From Candidatus Kapaibacterium sp. (GTDB lineage Bacteria; Bacteroidota; Ignavibacteria; Kapaibacteriales; UBA2268): a DNA stretch of 64,000 bases. The notes below the pieces were generated by a model that had not been told where the DNA came from, did no database searches, and was given only the letters and a program-made list of their open reading frames with translations. The number at the start of each line of letters is the position of its first letter. Within the stretch, counting starts at the first letter, position 1. This document shows, piece by piece, positions 50,924-61,866 of this stretch. The stretch lies in contig OY762428.1 of the NCBI GenBank assembly GCA_963665665.1, positions 640,001 through 704,000 of the forward strand, read 5' to 3'. The translations under genes were made by a program, and so were the position numbers.

Positions 50924-53092
50924 TTATTTCTTAATAAATTTTACTATTTCATTTTTAAGGAATATATAATACATTCCCGGAGCTAAACCGGCAACATTAA
51001 ATCTTAGTTTTCCGGTTGCGCTATCAGGCATTAATAGGAACTCTTCGCCCCTAACGTTATATGCTGAAATCTCATCGAAAATTCCAATTTGTTCAATATT
51101 GTCAAATTGAATCTCGATGAAATCATCAGCTGGATTGGGATATGCGTATGTTCTGATTTTTTCATTATTTCCTTCAACCGATCGAAGAATATCAACAGGT
51201 ACAGGAGTTTCGTAGTAATAATAATAGAATGGGCATTGAGTTGTTGCGTAGAAATATCCTTTCCTGCTAACAAACGGAGGCGCATTACCTACCAGATTTT
51301 CTTTCGATCCGTCAAAATAATTTATAACATAGAAAGAATATGTTTGATATACCGGATCGTGTATATAAGAGTACCAGATTGCATCGCTGTTTCCGTATAG
51401 TCCTCTTTTTTGCATTTCCCATGCTTTCGGATACTGGCTAATTCCCCTGTAATAATGTGTGCTGAAGAAATTGTCGTAAACAATAACTGTATCATATGAA
51501 GTTTTTAGCAGCAGGTTCGTCCCGTCAGCAGAAATATCTTCAATATCATAACCCATCAGGGCATCTCCAAGCTCAATTTCATCAGATTCACCGTTAGCGG
51601 GATCAAAATTAAAAAAGCTGTTATCCTGAGTAAAATAGCGTATTCGGCCGAACTCGTTTGCAACCATTTTCATAATTTTCATATTTTCTGTTTTGATATC
51701 TGCCTGGCTTATTAACTGCAATTCCGGATAGCTATATGTTTTAATTTTTGTATTATTGCATACAATTAGTTTATCAAAGCCGCTGAAGTGTAAATATGAT
51801 ATATTGCCAAGTTCGGTATTAATAATTGTTTCGACAGAATCGCCTTCTATATCGTATTTACAGACATTACCATTTTCTGTAAGGATTAATGAAGTCAGGT
51901 CGTCAGAGAACGCTCGGGGAATATAATCGCTGTATATATACTTAACAAATCCGCCTTCATCGTTTACGAGCGCATTGAATGTATTAATATTTTCATCCGG
52001 ATACTGGCTTTTCCCATAAACCGACATTAGTAAATTATCCTTGCCGATCACTATTTTCTCGGGATAGCATACATAACCTGCCGGGACGGAAGTTATTCTT
52101 CTTTCACTGCTCCTGTTGTAAATGAAGTATATAGTAGCAGCCCATGGCATATCGGCATGTGTTCCGCAATAGAAAGTTTCAGGTTCAAAAGTAAGAGCCC
52201 TTTCTCCGTCCGAACACATATAATAATAGTTAGGTGTTCCGGGCAGATATGTCTGCCCGTTTGTTCTGCTAATAATAGTATCTGCTTCAATATCAAAAAG
52301 AACTGAATATCCGTCAAAACCGTAAGTTAAGTAATTCAGGTCTTTTGAAAATTCAAAGTATGTAAATTGATCAATGGCAGTATGGGTAAATTCAATTTTC
52401 CCCGTTTCCGATTCCGCAATAGCAATTTTATCTCCCTTTGTATAAATTATCTTAGTACCGTTATTTCTAAAACTTACATTTGTACATCCTTCAACAAATG
52501 GAATTTTTCTTTTACTTTCTTTTGAATCGAAATCGAAAAATTCCAGACTGTCACCCTTATGCAGGCAGTATTCTTCTCCTTCAGGATTTAGGTAAGCACT
52601 TGAATAAAAGGAAGGATTAACGTCAATTTGAAAATTTTCAACAATCGCACCTGTCCCAAGGCTGTACGAAGCAAATCGCATAGTCGATTTGTCAAAGAAA
52701 TAAACCATTTCCCCGTTGGATGAAAATGCTTTTTGCAATCGTGAGTCGGAAAAATTAAATATTGTTACAATTTCCTGTAAAGGTTCCCATGTCCTGAAAT
52801 TGTATATCATTAATTTACTGTCAACCATAAATGCTATCCGGCTGCTTTCATCATTAATAATAGCACCGTAGCAATCCGATCCGTAGTGTGGAACAAAATT
52901 GAACTCTTTGTTGGCTCCGGTTGTCAGATCTACCAGGAAATAATGAGTTTTCTTATCATCGCCGACAATTATTTCATTGTCATTATACGGGTTTACAATA
53001 TAAGAAACATCAAAATACTCCCTGCTGTTCCATGAAAATGCAACAGATTTAACTAAAATTAAAAAGAGAGTAGCGGTAATTAACTTTTTCAT
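50924..53092 (-). CDS. Secreted beta-propeller-like protein with T9SS CTD
   Basis: Signal peptide; FSSNG/ISADG blades; AYPNPA...YNVRG...LAPGMYYI...KFIKK. Confidence 0.82.
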   Translation of the reverse strand: MKKLITATLFLILVKSVAFSWNSREYFDVSYIVNPYNDNEIIVGDDKKTHYFLVDLTTGANKEFNFVPHYGSDCYGAIINDESSRIAFMVDSKLMIYNFRTWEPLQEIVTIFNFSDSRLQKAFSSNGEMVYFFDKSTMRFASYSLGTGAIVENFQIDVNPSFYSSAYLNPEGEEYCLHKGDSLEFFDFDSKESKRKIPFVEGCTNVSFRNNGTKIIYTKGDKIAIAESETGKIEFTHTAIDQFTYFEFSKDLNYLTYGFDGYSVLFDIEADTIISRTNGQTYLPGTPNYYYMCSDGERALTFEPETFYCGTHADMPWAATIYFIYNRSSERRITSVPAGYVCYPEKIVIGKDNLLMSVYGKSQYPDENINTFNALVNDEGGFVKYIYSDYIPRAFSDDLTSLILTENGNVCKYDIEGDSVETIINTELGNISYLHFSGFDKLIVCNNTKIKTYSYPELQLISQADIKTENMKIMKMVANEFGRIRYFTQDNSFFNFDPANGESDEIELGDALMGYDIEDISADGTNLLLKTSYDTVIVYDNFFSTHYYRGISQYPKAWEMQKRGLYGNSDAIWYSYIHDPVYQTYSFYVINYFDGSKENLVGNAPPFVSRKGYFYATTQCPFYYYYYETPVPVDILRSVEGNNEKIRTYAYPNPADDFIEIQFDNIEQIGIFDEISAYNVRGEEFLLMPDSATGKLRFNVAGLAPGMYYIFLKNEIVKFIKK

Positions 53093-53290
53093 AGTATTCC
53101 TCCTAAAATAAAATCATTTATTCAGAATAACTTGTGAAACAAAAAAAGTGACGCAAATAAATAATTGTAATAAAATATTTTTTAAATTTTAATTATTTCC
53201 AACACTAATAAAAATGATAGATCGTTATTATGATTAATTAAATACGACTTTTTTAGTTCTATTTATTAATATATTTACACAGGAGTAGAA

Positions 53291-53839
53291 ATGAGTTTAT
53301 TAGTAGGAAACGCAGCACCGGTTTTTAAAGGAACAGCAGTAGTTGGCGGAAATGCCGATACACTTAACCCGGAAACTGCTTTCAAAGAAATATCACTTGA
53401 AGATTACAAAGGCAAATGGGTAGTATTTTTCTTTTACCCGCTTGATTTTACATTTGTTTGCCCTACTGAAATTGAAGAGTTTGGCAAAAATTATGAAGAA
53501 TTCCAGAAATTAAACACAGAAGTTGTTGCATGTTCAACCGACAGCCAGTTCTCTCACCTGGCATGGCGTTCCAGTCATCCAGGCCTTAAAAACCTGCCTT
53601 ATCCGATGCTGGCAGATTTCACAGGCGAAAATGCAAGAAAATATGAAGTACTTAATGAAAACACCGGCTACGCCCTTCGCGGACTTTATATTATTGATCC
53701 GGAAGGTGAACTCAGGTATTCAGTAGTACATCCGGAAGCAGTAGGACGCAATTGCAACGAAATATTAAGAGTATTATCAGCTCTGCAGAGTGGCGGAATG
53801 ACCCCTTGCAACTGGGAAGCTGGCCAGGATACTCTATAG
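53291..53839 (+). CDS. ahpC: 2-Cys peroxiredoxin (AhpC/Prx1)
   Basis: FFYPLDFTFVCPTE, STDS.FSH.AW, GRN..E.LR, PCNW; AGGAG RBS. Confidence 0.93.
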   Translation: MSLLVGNAAPVFKGTAVVGGNADTLNPETAFKEISLEDYKGKWVVFFFYPLDFTFVCPTEIEEFGKNYEEFQKLNTEVVACSTDSQFSHLAWRSSHPGLKNLPYPMLADFTGENARKYEVLNENTGYALRGLYIIDPEGELRYSVVHPEAVGRNCNEILRVLSALQSGGMTPCNWEAGQDTL

Positions 53840-53868
53840 AAATTCATCTTCATCTCAAACCCGAAACT

Positions 53869-53902
53869 GAGGCTGGGCCATTGGCTCGGCTTCTTTTTTT
53901 TT
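53869..53902 (+). terminator. Intrinsic terminator of ahpC
   Basis: GAGGCTGGGCC-ATT-GGCTCGGCTTC followed by T9. Confidence 0.85.
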
Positions 53903-54046
53903 ACTAATATTCGAAAAACAATAATACCGAATCAGGACGTTAAACCAAATATCCCGACATGCCGAATGACAACAATATCGGACAAGTCATTGTTTATATA
54001 TCCAACTGCAACGGGAAGTTGGAAATTTATTCAGATGTATTAATTA

Positions 54047-54772
54047 TTACAAATTTCCGGATTGCGGTTTCAGGTATATCTCTTCAACCATCATTCTGGA
54101 TTCCATGTTAAGCATCACAGCATTAAATACCGCAAGAGCAACGTCTCCGGCTTTCATCATTTTATCCGAGAATTTCTCTACCATTTTCGGATGCCAAATA
54201 TCTGTTATAGCAGCACCGGGTATCACATCCACAACTTTAACGCCTGTACCCCTGACTTCTTCCCTGAGTGTCCTGCTCAACGCCATGGCTGCCCACTTCG
54301 AAGCAGAATATGCACCGTTTTGTGGAAATATCTCCCTGGTAACCACCGAGCTAATATTCAGGATAATACCTGATTTAGATTTAAGCATTGCCGGCAGTAC
54401 TGCCTGCGAGCACGATAGTACACCGTAAACGTTCACGGAAAACATATTATTAAGTAACTCGGTTGTCAATTCCATATATGGGGCATTCTCGAATATACCG
54501 GCATTATTTATCAAAACATCAACATCGCCAATAACGGCTTTAATTTTATCATGAGTTTCCTTTACCTGGCCTTTATTTGAAACATCGCATGGGAAGATAA
54601 ATACATTTGGCATTGGCGCAAGCTCTGGCAGTATTTCCCGGAATGACTCCTTGCTTCTGGCACTTAATACAACAGTTGCACCTTCTTCAATAAAAAGTTT
54701 TGCAGTTTCCAGCCCAATTCCCCGGCTGCCTCCGGTTATCCATATTTTTAATTCATTTATTTCTTTTTTCAT
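54047..54772 (-). CDS. Short-chain dehydrogenase/reductase
   Basis: TGGSRGIG, NNAG, YSASK. Confidence 0.92.
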   Translation of the reverse strand: MKKEINELKIWITGGSRGIGLETAKLFIEEGATVVLSARSKESFREILPELAPMPNVFIFPCDVSNKGQVKETHDKIKAVIGDVDVLINNAGIFENAPYMELTTELLNNMFSVNVYGVLSCSQAVLPAMLKSKSGIILNISSVVTREIFPQNGAYSASKWAAMALSRTLREEVRGTGVKVVDVIPGAAITDIWHPKMVEKFSDKMMKAGDVALAVFNAVMLNMESRMMVEEIYLKPQSGNL

Positions 54773-55114
54773 ATTATTCCTTTCTGTTCCGTTTATTTCA
54801 ATTAGTATTGCTACACAGCAAGGACTAAATTAGCAATTTGTTCAGATTAGGCAAAAAATCTTTTTTTTACAAAACTCAAATATCAAGCAGGATATACCAC
54901 CAAATATGAAGCCCGGATTTGAATATAATAATATCAAAGGCACAACCACAAATTCTTTGAAAATGTATTCGGTAAGAAGCTGCGTTAATTTCCCCCACCC
55001 TATTCCGTATCACATTTATCAACCATTAAATACCTTATCGCTTTGCTCATTGAATTAGAGCTTCACGAATATAAAACACAAGCATTTACATTGGCAGGAA
55101 TATTGGGTTAATTC

Positions 55115-56200
55115 TTAATTATTTTTATACCTTCTAAGTTTATAAACATAAGCCAGAATCTGTGCCACAGCCCTGAACAAGTCTTCCGGAATTTCCTGGT
55201 CAACTTCCACGTTATAGAACAGGGTTCTTGCCAGGGGAGGCTCTTCCACAATCGGGATACCCTCGAATGTTGCTTTTTCCCTTATTTGCAAAGCCAGGTA
55301 GTCAACGCCCTTGGCTACAACTTTAGGGGCGTTCATCTCGCCCTGGTTATATTTCAATGCCACTGCAAAGTGCGTCGGGTTGGTGATAACAACATCGGCC
55401 TCGTTCACATTTTTCATCATCATCTGGCGCAGGCGGGACCGCATAATAGAACGCAGCCTTGCCTTGACCTTCGGGTCGCCTTCCGTCTGCTTGGTTTCTT
55501 CCTTTACTTCCTGCTTGGTCATTTTCATATCTTCTTTATAGCGGTGTTTCTGATAAATATAGTCAGCAACCGCAATAATGATATAAACACCCCCAACATA
55601 AAGTACCATCCGAAAACTCAGCTCCGCCATGTAGGTACCAATATCCATAAAAGGTGCATCCAGCATAGCTATAATGTTATCGGATTCGTCTCTTAAAACC
55701 AGGTATACCACTATGCCGAGAATAAAAATCTTTGCGAAATTCTTTATCAACTCGAAAAATGACCTGCCGGAGAAAAATATCTTCTTCAACCCGGACAGAG
55801 GCTTGAACATCTGAGTTGCCTGCCCCCCCTCGGAAAACTTCTTGGTGGCAATTTGAATGCCTACCTGGCTAACTTCTGCTGCGAATATAATTACAAAAAC
55901 AATAACCAGTATGGGAAGCAGATGTTTGGCAAGGAAGAGTAAAATATCTGAATAAAATGTAGTAACATTAGCAAAATTTATCTCGATAGAACCTGAATTG
56001 TAGAAAAGATCCTTCATCAGGTTCTGGTAGCTGCTTAGCATACCACCGCCAAGCATAAACACTACCATACCGCCAAGAAGCAGCACGGACGCAGTAGTAA
56101 CATCCATACTTTTTGAAACCTGTCCACGAAGCCTGGCTTCGTGGAGCCGCTTCGCGGTGGCCGGTTCCGATTTTTCCTGGCCGTCTTTATTCTCAGCCAT
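55115..56200 (-). CDS. flhB: Flagellar export switch protein FlhB
   Basis: EKSEPATAKR..EAR..GQV.KS; KMTKQEVKEE.KQTEGDP; autocleavage NPTH. Confidence 0.95.
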   Translation of the reverse strand: MAENKDGQEKSEPATAKRLHEARLRGQVSKSMDVTTASVLLLGGMVVFMLGGGMLSSYQNLMKDLFYNSGSIEINFANVTTFYSDILLFLAKHLLPILVIVFVIIFAAEVSQVGIQIATKKFSEGGQATQMFKPLSGLKKIFFSGRSFFELIKNFAKIFILGIVVYLVLRDESDNIIAMLDAPFMDIGTYMAELSFRMVLYVGGVYIIIAVADYIYQKHRYKEDMKMTKQEVKEETKQTEGDPKVKARLRSIMRSRLRQMMMKNVNEADVVITNPTHFAVALKYNQGEMNAPKVVAKGVDYLALQIREKATFEGIPIVEEPPLARTLFYNVEVDQEIPEDLFRAVAQILAYVYKLRRYKNN

Positions 56201-56360
56201 TCAAGCTCCTATGGTTCATTTGTTCGATAACAATAATTACTAAGTTTTACTTCCTTTTAAGAAGTTGGCTCAAAATCCTGAAAATCAGTCATTCTGAACT
56301 CAAAATTCAAAATAAAGAGACATAACAATCAAGTATTGATTACATCAAATCAAAGAATTC

Positions 56361-57158
56361 CTACACATTTGCAGGATTCAAACTCATTAAAATTTTCATA
56401 GTCTCGGATTCCATAGCACCGAGAGAATATTTCGCTACAAGAACAAAAACAGGCACTGATGCAAATAATACCAGCAACCCCACCGCCACTTTCAACTGGA
56501 AACTCAGGATAAAAATATTTGTTTGGGGCGCAACCCTTGCCAGCAAAGCAAGTGAAAGATTAGTAAGAAACAATGCAACTAGAAGCGGCGCTGACATTTT
56601 AACGCCGATTATCAGCACACTCGTAGCCATTTTAACAAATAATGCTATTGTGCTACCCGATACGGCAAATGTAGTTAAAGGAACGATCCTGGCGCTGGCA
56701 TATACAGCTTCTATTATAAAATGATGCCCGTTTATAAACAGGAAAAGCATCATCATGGCCAGTGTTTTAAATTCGCCAACCAGTGTAGGACTTGTTTCGT
56801 CCCTGTTAAACATCATCGAAGTATGATATCCCATATCAAAATCAATTAACCCGCCGGCAAACCTTGCTGCAAAAAAAGCCATATTTGCTGAAAATCCGAT
56901 TGCCACGCCAACCATAAATTCTTTTATTGCAAGAACGCCCATATACCACAAGTGCATTTCCAGTTGGGGTTGTTCTTCCCAGTAAGTTGTGGTAACAATA
57001 ATAGCAAGCCCTATAGAAAGCAATAGTTTTACATGTGCCGGAATAACCGAGTTTTTGAAAATCGGCGCGGCAGTGAACATCCCTGCAATTCTAATGAAAA
57101 ACAGGACACCGATAAAGAATTTTCCGGTAAGAAAATATAATGTTGCGTCGTCGATCAT
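56361..57158 (-). CDS. fliR: Flagellar export protein FliR
   Basis: RIAGMF..APIF, KEFMVG, AG..ID..MG, ARVAPQ.NIF. Confidence 0.93.
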   Translation of the reverse strand: MIDDATLYFLTGKFFIGVLFFIRIAGMFTAAPIFKNSVIPAHVKLLLSIGLAIIVTTTYWEEQPQLEMHLWYMGVLAIKEFMVGVAIGFSANMAFFAARFAGGLIDFDMGYHTSMMFNRDETSPTLVGEFKTLAMMMLFLFINGHHFIIEAVYASARIVPLTTFAVSGSTIALFVKMATSVLIIGVKMSAPLLVALFLTNLSLALLARVAPQTNIFILSFQLKVAVGLLVLFASVPVFVLVAKYSLGAMESETMKILMSLNPANV

Positions 57159-57421
57159 TTAAGCTGCGGGATCATGTTTATTAATTCTACCGTAAAAGTC
57201 TTCAGGTTTGTTAGCATATATGGAAGAATAAGTACACTGATAAGAAATACCGCAATTAATTTCGGGACGAATGTAAGTGTCTGCTCGGAGATTGTGGTGG
57301 CTGCCTGGAAAATGGATATCGTCAGCCCCACGAGCAAAGAAACAAGCAGTAGCGGCCCGCAAACTATTATCACATAATAGAAGGCATCCCTCACTATCGA
57401 TACAACCATTTGATCCGTCAT
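57155..57421 (-). CDS. fliQ: Flagellar export protein FliQ
   Basis: VGL.ISIFQAAT.ISEQTLTFVPK. Confidence 0.95.
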   Translation of the reverse strand: MTDQMVVSIVRDAFYYVIIVCGPLLLVSLLVGLTISIFQAATTISEQTLTFVPKLIAVFLISVLILPYMLTNLKTFTVELINMIPQLK

Positions 57422-57500
57422 TTTATCACCCCTTTTTTATTCGATTTCATTTTCATTAATTTTTAAGTAAACCATATTCAAAATGTGTTATATTTCCAAG

Positions 57501-58307
57501 CTAACCGCCACCGGTTATACTCCTCATCAGGGAATCCACCACCAGATGCCATCCGTCAACAAGTATGAACAGAAGCACCTTTATCGGCAGAGAAATAAGC
57601 TGCGGCGGCAACAGGAACATACCGAGAGACATTAAGGTACTCGCTATGATCATATCCAGCACAAGGAATGGTATGAATAGTAAGAATCCTATCTGGAAAG
57701 CCATCCTAATCTCGCTTAAGGAGAAAGCAGGAATGACAGTCCAGGTGGAAACATCATCAATATTATCGGGTTTATCCTCGCCGCTAAGCTTTATGAACAG
57801 CCCCAGATCTTCTTCACGAGTGTGTTTAAGCATAAATTCCCGGAATGGAAGTATAATATTATCCACCGCTTCGGCCTGTGAAATTTCCTCGCGCAAATAT
57901 GGCTGTAAGCCCTTGTCATTGGCTTCATTCAGTACCGGCTGCATAACAAAAAAAGTAAGGAACAGAGCCAGCCCCGTCAACATCTGGTTTGGCGGCTGTG
58001 TATGTGTACCCATAGCCTGCTTCAAAAAATGGAATACAATTATTATTCTCGTAAAGGAAGTCATCATTATCAGAATTGAGGGAGCAAGAGACAGAACAGT
58101 CATTACTGCAAGTATTTGCAGCGTGGTAACAAATTCACCCTGATCAGAATTTTTATCACCTACCTGTAGTGATACCGAAGGTATGCTGATACCGCTGCCC
58201 TGATTTGCAGGCTGCTGCTGTTGGGCAAATATATTATTACTCCCCGCAAAAAACGTTAGCAGGAGTGCAATTATTAGAAATCTGATTTTGCAATAAACAA
58301 TATGCAT
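57501..58307 (-). CDS. fliP: Flagellar export protein FliP
   Basis: LSLAPSILIMMTSFTRI, PPNQ, PAF.LSE, KVLLFILVDGW; start uncertain (58307 or 58358). Confidence 0.94.
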   Translation of the reverse strand: MHIVYCKIRFLIIALLLTFFAGSNNIFAQQQQPANQGSGISIPSVSLQVGDKNSDQGEFVTTLQILAVMTVLSLAPSILIMMTSFTRIIIVFHFLKQAMGTHTQPPNQMLTGLALFLTFFVMQPVLNEANDKGLQPYLREEISQAEAVDNIILPFREFMLKHTREEDLGLFIKLSGEDKPDNIDDVSTWTVIPAFSLSEIRMAFQIGFLLFIPFLVLDMIIASTLMSLGMFLLPPQLISLPIKVLLFILVDGWHLVVDSLMRSITGGG

Positions 58308-58713
58308 TTTGCCATAGTTACAAAACGTTAATAATATTCCGTACATGCTGCAATTCAATGATTATGCCAAAGATATTATTACACTGGTAAATGTTCAATT
58401 TACATAGACTTCACAAGCATCAAAGATTATATTTAATTTGGCGTAAGAATTATTCTTACTGCCTAATATTGAACAATTGGATTAATGCAGACAATTTTTT
58501 ACCATCAAAATTGCATTGCGTTTAAATCATATATCTGTTTTCGAAGTAATCATTTTTATCTAATAATATCAGGCTTTATACTCATCTTATCATTTTCCGT
58601 CAGACCACCCAATTTATTTATACAATTTACGTGGTTAACATTAATATTTTGTTTGGTTAATATAAAACTTATCCAAACTTTATAAAAATTGAATTTTTTT
58701 CTTTGGTTTTAAT

Positions 58714-58749
58714 TTAGTTTTATCTATTTTGCTTATTAGTTTTTCCTAA
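58714..58749. promoter_or_regulatory. Two candidate DtxR/MntR-family operators (TTAG-N6-CTAT, TTAG-N6-CTAA) upstream of feoA
   Basis: Starts at 58714 and 58736; a similar pair at 61030 and 61052 precedes the regulator gene. Confidence 0.5.
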
Positions 58750-58789
58750 GCGGATAAAAAGTTATTTGGAATGGAAAGGATGTAAAGTA

Positions 58790-59023
58790 ATGACATTAGT
58801 TGAAGCACCGGTGGGCAAAGACCTTGAAGTTATCAAAATTAATGCCGGGGAAGACGCCCGCAGGAAACTGCACACTCTGGGACTGCACATAGACGACAAG
58901 CTGAAAAGGCTTACAAACGGCAAATGGGGGCCGGTTTTAATCAGCAACATTTCAGGCGGTGCCGTAAAAATTGCTCTTGGCAGGGGACTTGCAGGTAAAA
59001 TCCTTGTGAAACCGATAAAATAA
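58790..59023 (+). CDS. feoA: Ferrous iron transport protein A
   Basis: RRKLHTLGL...GPVLI...IALGRGLA.KI. Confidence 0.9.
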   Translation: MTLVEAPVGKDLEVIKINAGEDARRKLHTLGLHIDDKLKRLTNGKWGPVLISNISGGAVKIALGRGLAGKILVKPIK

Positions 59024-59086
59024 TTGATTAGCCTTAATTTCCAAATAATTCAATCTTTGATGTGGTTGTTTAATTAGCATATAGTA

Positions 59087-61018
59087 ATGACAAAAGATAA
59101 AAAATATCCAAGAATTGCACTTATAGGACAGCCAAATTCCGGCAAAAGTACTTTATTTAATATACTTTCCGATATAAAATCCGAAACATCTAATTTTGCG
59201 GGTACCACAGATAATGTTGAACTATCTGATATTAATATTGCTGGAAGAGTTTTTACTTTGGCAGATCTTCCCGGGATATACTCTCTGAACCCAACAACTG
59301 ATCAGGAAAAGACTACTTATGACTTTATAGTGGAGAACAAACCCGACCTGATAATTAATGTTGTGGATTCGTCTCTTCTGGCGAGAAGCCTGGAATTAAC
59401 CGTAGAACTAATGGAACTGGGGCTGCCAATGGTTATTGCACTGAATATGCTGGATGAAGCTGAAAATCAGGGCAATGACATTGATATTGAAAAATTAAAA
59501 GATTTATTGAATTTGCCTGTGGTTCCAACAATGGCAAAATTCGGAAAAGGAGCCAAGGAACTTACCGATGCCTGCTTTAAACAATTTTTATCCTCTGATA
59601 GTTCCCCAAAGGGCCTTAGTTATACCCATCATGTTGAGAACAGGATAAATCAGCTTATTGAAATGATTGAACCTAATAGCAGGGATTTAATTGGGGGAGC
59701 ACGATTCTATGCAATAAAATCAATTGAAAACCCATCTCTTGTTCCGAAGGATATTTTGCAAACCATAGAGCCTTTGAAAGAAGAGATTCAGAAAGAAGCT
59801 CTTCAAATGCACCGAATGGACAGCTTCGAAACAATATCTTATGAGCGTCATCATTTAGCCATGAAGATATCAGAACAAATATCAAGATTCAGAGATACCC
59901 GCCACCAGGGATTTCTGGATAAATTTGACAATCAGCTTCTACACCCTATATTCGGGCATTTTTATTTATTAGTATATTTCTTCATTTATTTCCTAATAAT
60001 ATTCATTGTTGGTGATTTAATATCATCAGTTGTAGAGCAGCCAATTGCCGACCTGGCTCTTGTTTTCGAGCCTTTGCGCGAAAGCTCGCCATTTCTATGG
60101 TTTACTATTAATGGCGCATACATGGGTATATCCGGAATTCTCGGGGTGGTATTGCCGTATTTTCTTCCATTAGTTTTGCTTACCTCCCTGTTCGAAGAAA
60201 CGGGTTATATGTCCCGAATAGCTTTCCTTGTGGATAGTTTTATGCATAAGATCGGACTTCACGGAAAGTCAGTTGTTCCATTTGTGCTTGGATTCGGGTG
60301 CTCTGTGCCTGCGGTATATGCAACAAGGATGATAGAAAGCAAACGCGACAGAACAATTACAGCTGTTTTATTACCATTTATACCATGCAGTGCACGTATA
60401 GCAGTAATATTTGCACTAACTGCTGCCTTCTTAAATCCATTTGCGGCTATTGCAGTTTTCCTGTTTGTGATTTTCATAATTGCTATTGTAGGAAAGCTGA
60501 TGTCCCGTTTTATTTCAAGGCCAACAGGTATGATAATGGAAATTACTGCTTTAAGAAAACCTTCGATGAAAATCTCATTCAGGAAAACCTGGTTAAAAAT
60601 AAGGGATTTCCTGAAAGAAGCTTTTACTTTTCTGATGCTGGGGTCTATTGTTCTCGGGTGGGTTGAATACTTTAATGCCGCACATTACCTGAATATGTTT
60701 TTCCAGCCAGTTCTCGAATCTGTACTTGGATTGCCGGAAAATCTCGGCTCAACTTTATTATTCGGATTTTTCAGGAAAGAATTGATACTGGTAATGGCTA
60801 CGCAGGCCATGCACGTACAAACTCTGGCACAGCTTCCTCTTACCCCCGACCAGGTTTTTGTATTTATTATTTTTGTTACTTTGTATTTTCCATGTTTTAC
60901 AACATTTGTAGTAATATTTAAGGAATTCGGAACCCGGGTGGCTATGATTTCAGCAGTACTAAGTTTTGTGCTTGCTACAATATCGGCGTTCCTTTTTCGA
61001 ATCATATTAGCATTATAA
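59087..61018 (+). CDS. feoB: Ferrous iron (or Mn) transport protein B
   Basis: GQPNSGKST, DLPGIYSL, LNMLD, GFGCSVPA, PCSAR, LYFPC. Confidence 0.94.
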   Translation: MTKDKKYPRIALIGQPNSGKSTLFNILSDIKSETSNFAGTTDNVELSDINIAGRVFTLADLPGIYSLNPTTDQEKTTYDFIVENKPDLIINVVDSSLLARSLELTVELMELGLPMVIALNMLDEAENQGNDIDIEKLKDLLNLPVVPTMAKFGKGAKELTDACFKQFLSSDSSPKGLSYTHHVENRINQLIEMIEPNSRDLIGGARFYAIKSIENPSLVPKDILQTIEPLKEEIQKEALQMHRMDSFETISYERHHLAMKISEQISRFRDTRHQGFLDKFDNQLLHPIFGHFYLLVYFFIYFLIIFIVGDLISSVVEQPIADLALVFEPLRESSPFLWFTINGAYMGISGILGVVLPYFLPLVLLTSLFEETGYMSRIAFLVDSFMHKIGLHGKSVVPFVLGFGCSVPAVYATRMIESKRDRTITAVLLPFIPCSARIAVIFALTAAFLNPFAAIAVFLFVIFIIAIVGKLMSRFISRPTGMIMEITALRKPSMKISFRKTWLKIRDFLKEAFTFLMLGSIVLGWVEYFNAAHYLNMFFQPVLESVLGLPENLGSTLLFGFFRKELILVMATQAMHVQTLAQLPLTPDQVFVFIIFVTLYFPCFTTFVVIFKEFGTRVAMISAVLSFVLATISAFLFRIILAL

Positions 61019-61093
61019 ATATTTTTTATTTAGACAATAGTAAAATAATTCTTAGTTTAGAAGAAACCATTTGTTAATAATTATGAGTAAATT

Positions 61094-61747
61094 ATGTTAA
61101 GCCAGGCTGTACAAGATTACTTGAAAACAATTTACAAGTTGGAAGTGAAGGGTCCGGTATCAACAACCCGGATAGCTAAAGAGCTTTCAATTTCCGGAGC
61201 TTCCGTAACGGGTATGCTGAAAAGGCTGTCAACAATGTCGCTTGTTGATTATAATTCATATAAAGGCGTAAAACTCACTGAATCCGGAAGAAAATTTGCA
61301 CTTGAGATCATCAGAAATCACAGGTTGTTGGAATTATACCTTAAAGAAATGATAGGTTTTCCTCTTGAAAAGGTACACGAGGAAGCATGCAGATTAGAGC
61401 ATTACGTTTCAGAGGAATTTATTTCCAGAATTGACGAACTTCTGGGCTTTCCTCATTTCGACCCGCACGGCCATCCGATACCAACTGACAGTGGAGATAT
61501 TCCTGAATTGGAGAAAACACCTCTTTCCGAGTTTGACCCCGGAGAAAATGTAATTATAAAACGTATTGCCGATACGGATGCCGAAATGCTTGCATATTTT
61601 GAAAAAATGAAATTAGTACCAGGGGCAAAGATCAAAATATTGGAAAAAGCTCCATTCAACGGGCCGATAACTATCGAGCACCTTGGAAACAAAGAAATTG
61701 TAGGAAATGAAATTGCCAGGAATATTTTTGTTTCAGTTGCCGGATAA
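61094..61747 (+). CDS. DtxR/MntR-family metal-dependent repressor with C-terminal FeoA domain
   Basis: QDYLKTIY, HRLLE.YL, HEEACRLEH, DPHGHPIP. Confidence 0.93.
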   Translation: MLSQAVQDYLKTIYKLEVKGPVSTTRIAKELSISGASVTGMLKRLSTMSLVDYNSYKGVKLTESGRKFALEIIRNHRLLELYLKEMIGFPLEKVHEEACRLEHYVSEEFISRIDELLGFPHFDPHGHPIPTDSGDIPELEKTPLSEFDPGENVIIKRIADTDAEMLAYFEKMKLVPGAKIKILEKAPFNGPITIEHLGNKEIVGNEIARNIFVSVAG

Positions 61748-61866
61748 TTTTTTTCTTTGATAAACATCCTGAAGATAAACAACATAACGGACGCTCCGGC
61801 AGCCAGGGCGTCCGGCTGAATACAAACCGGACATATTATCAATGCAATCCTGTGAGATGCAGGACA

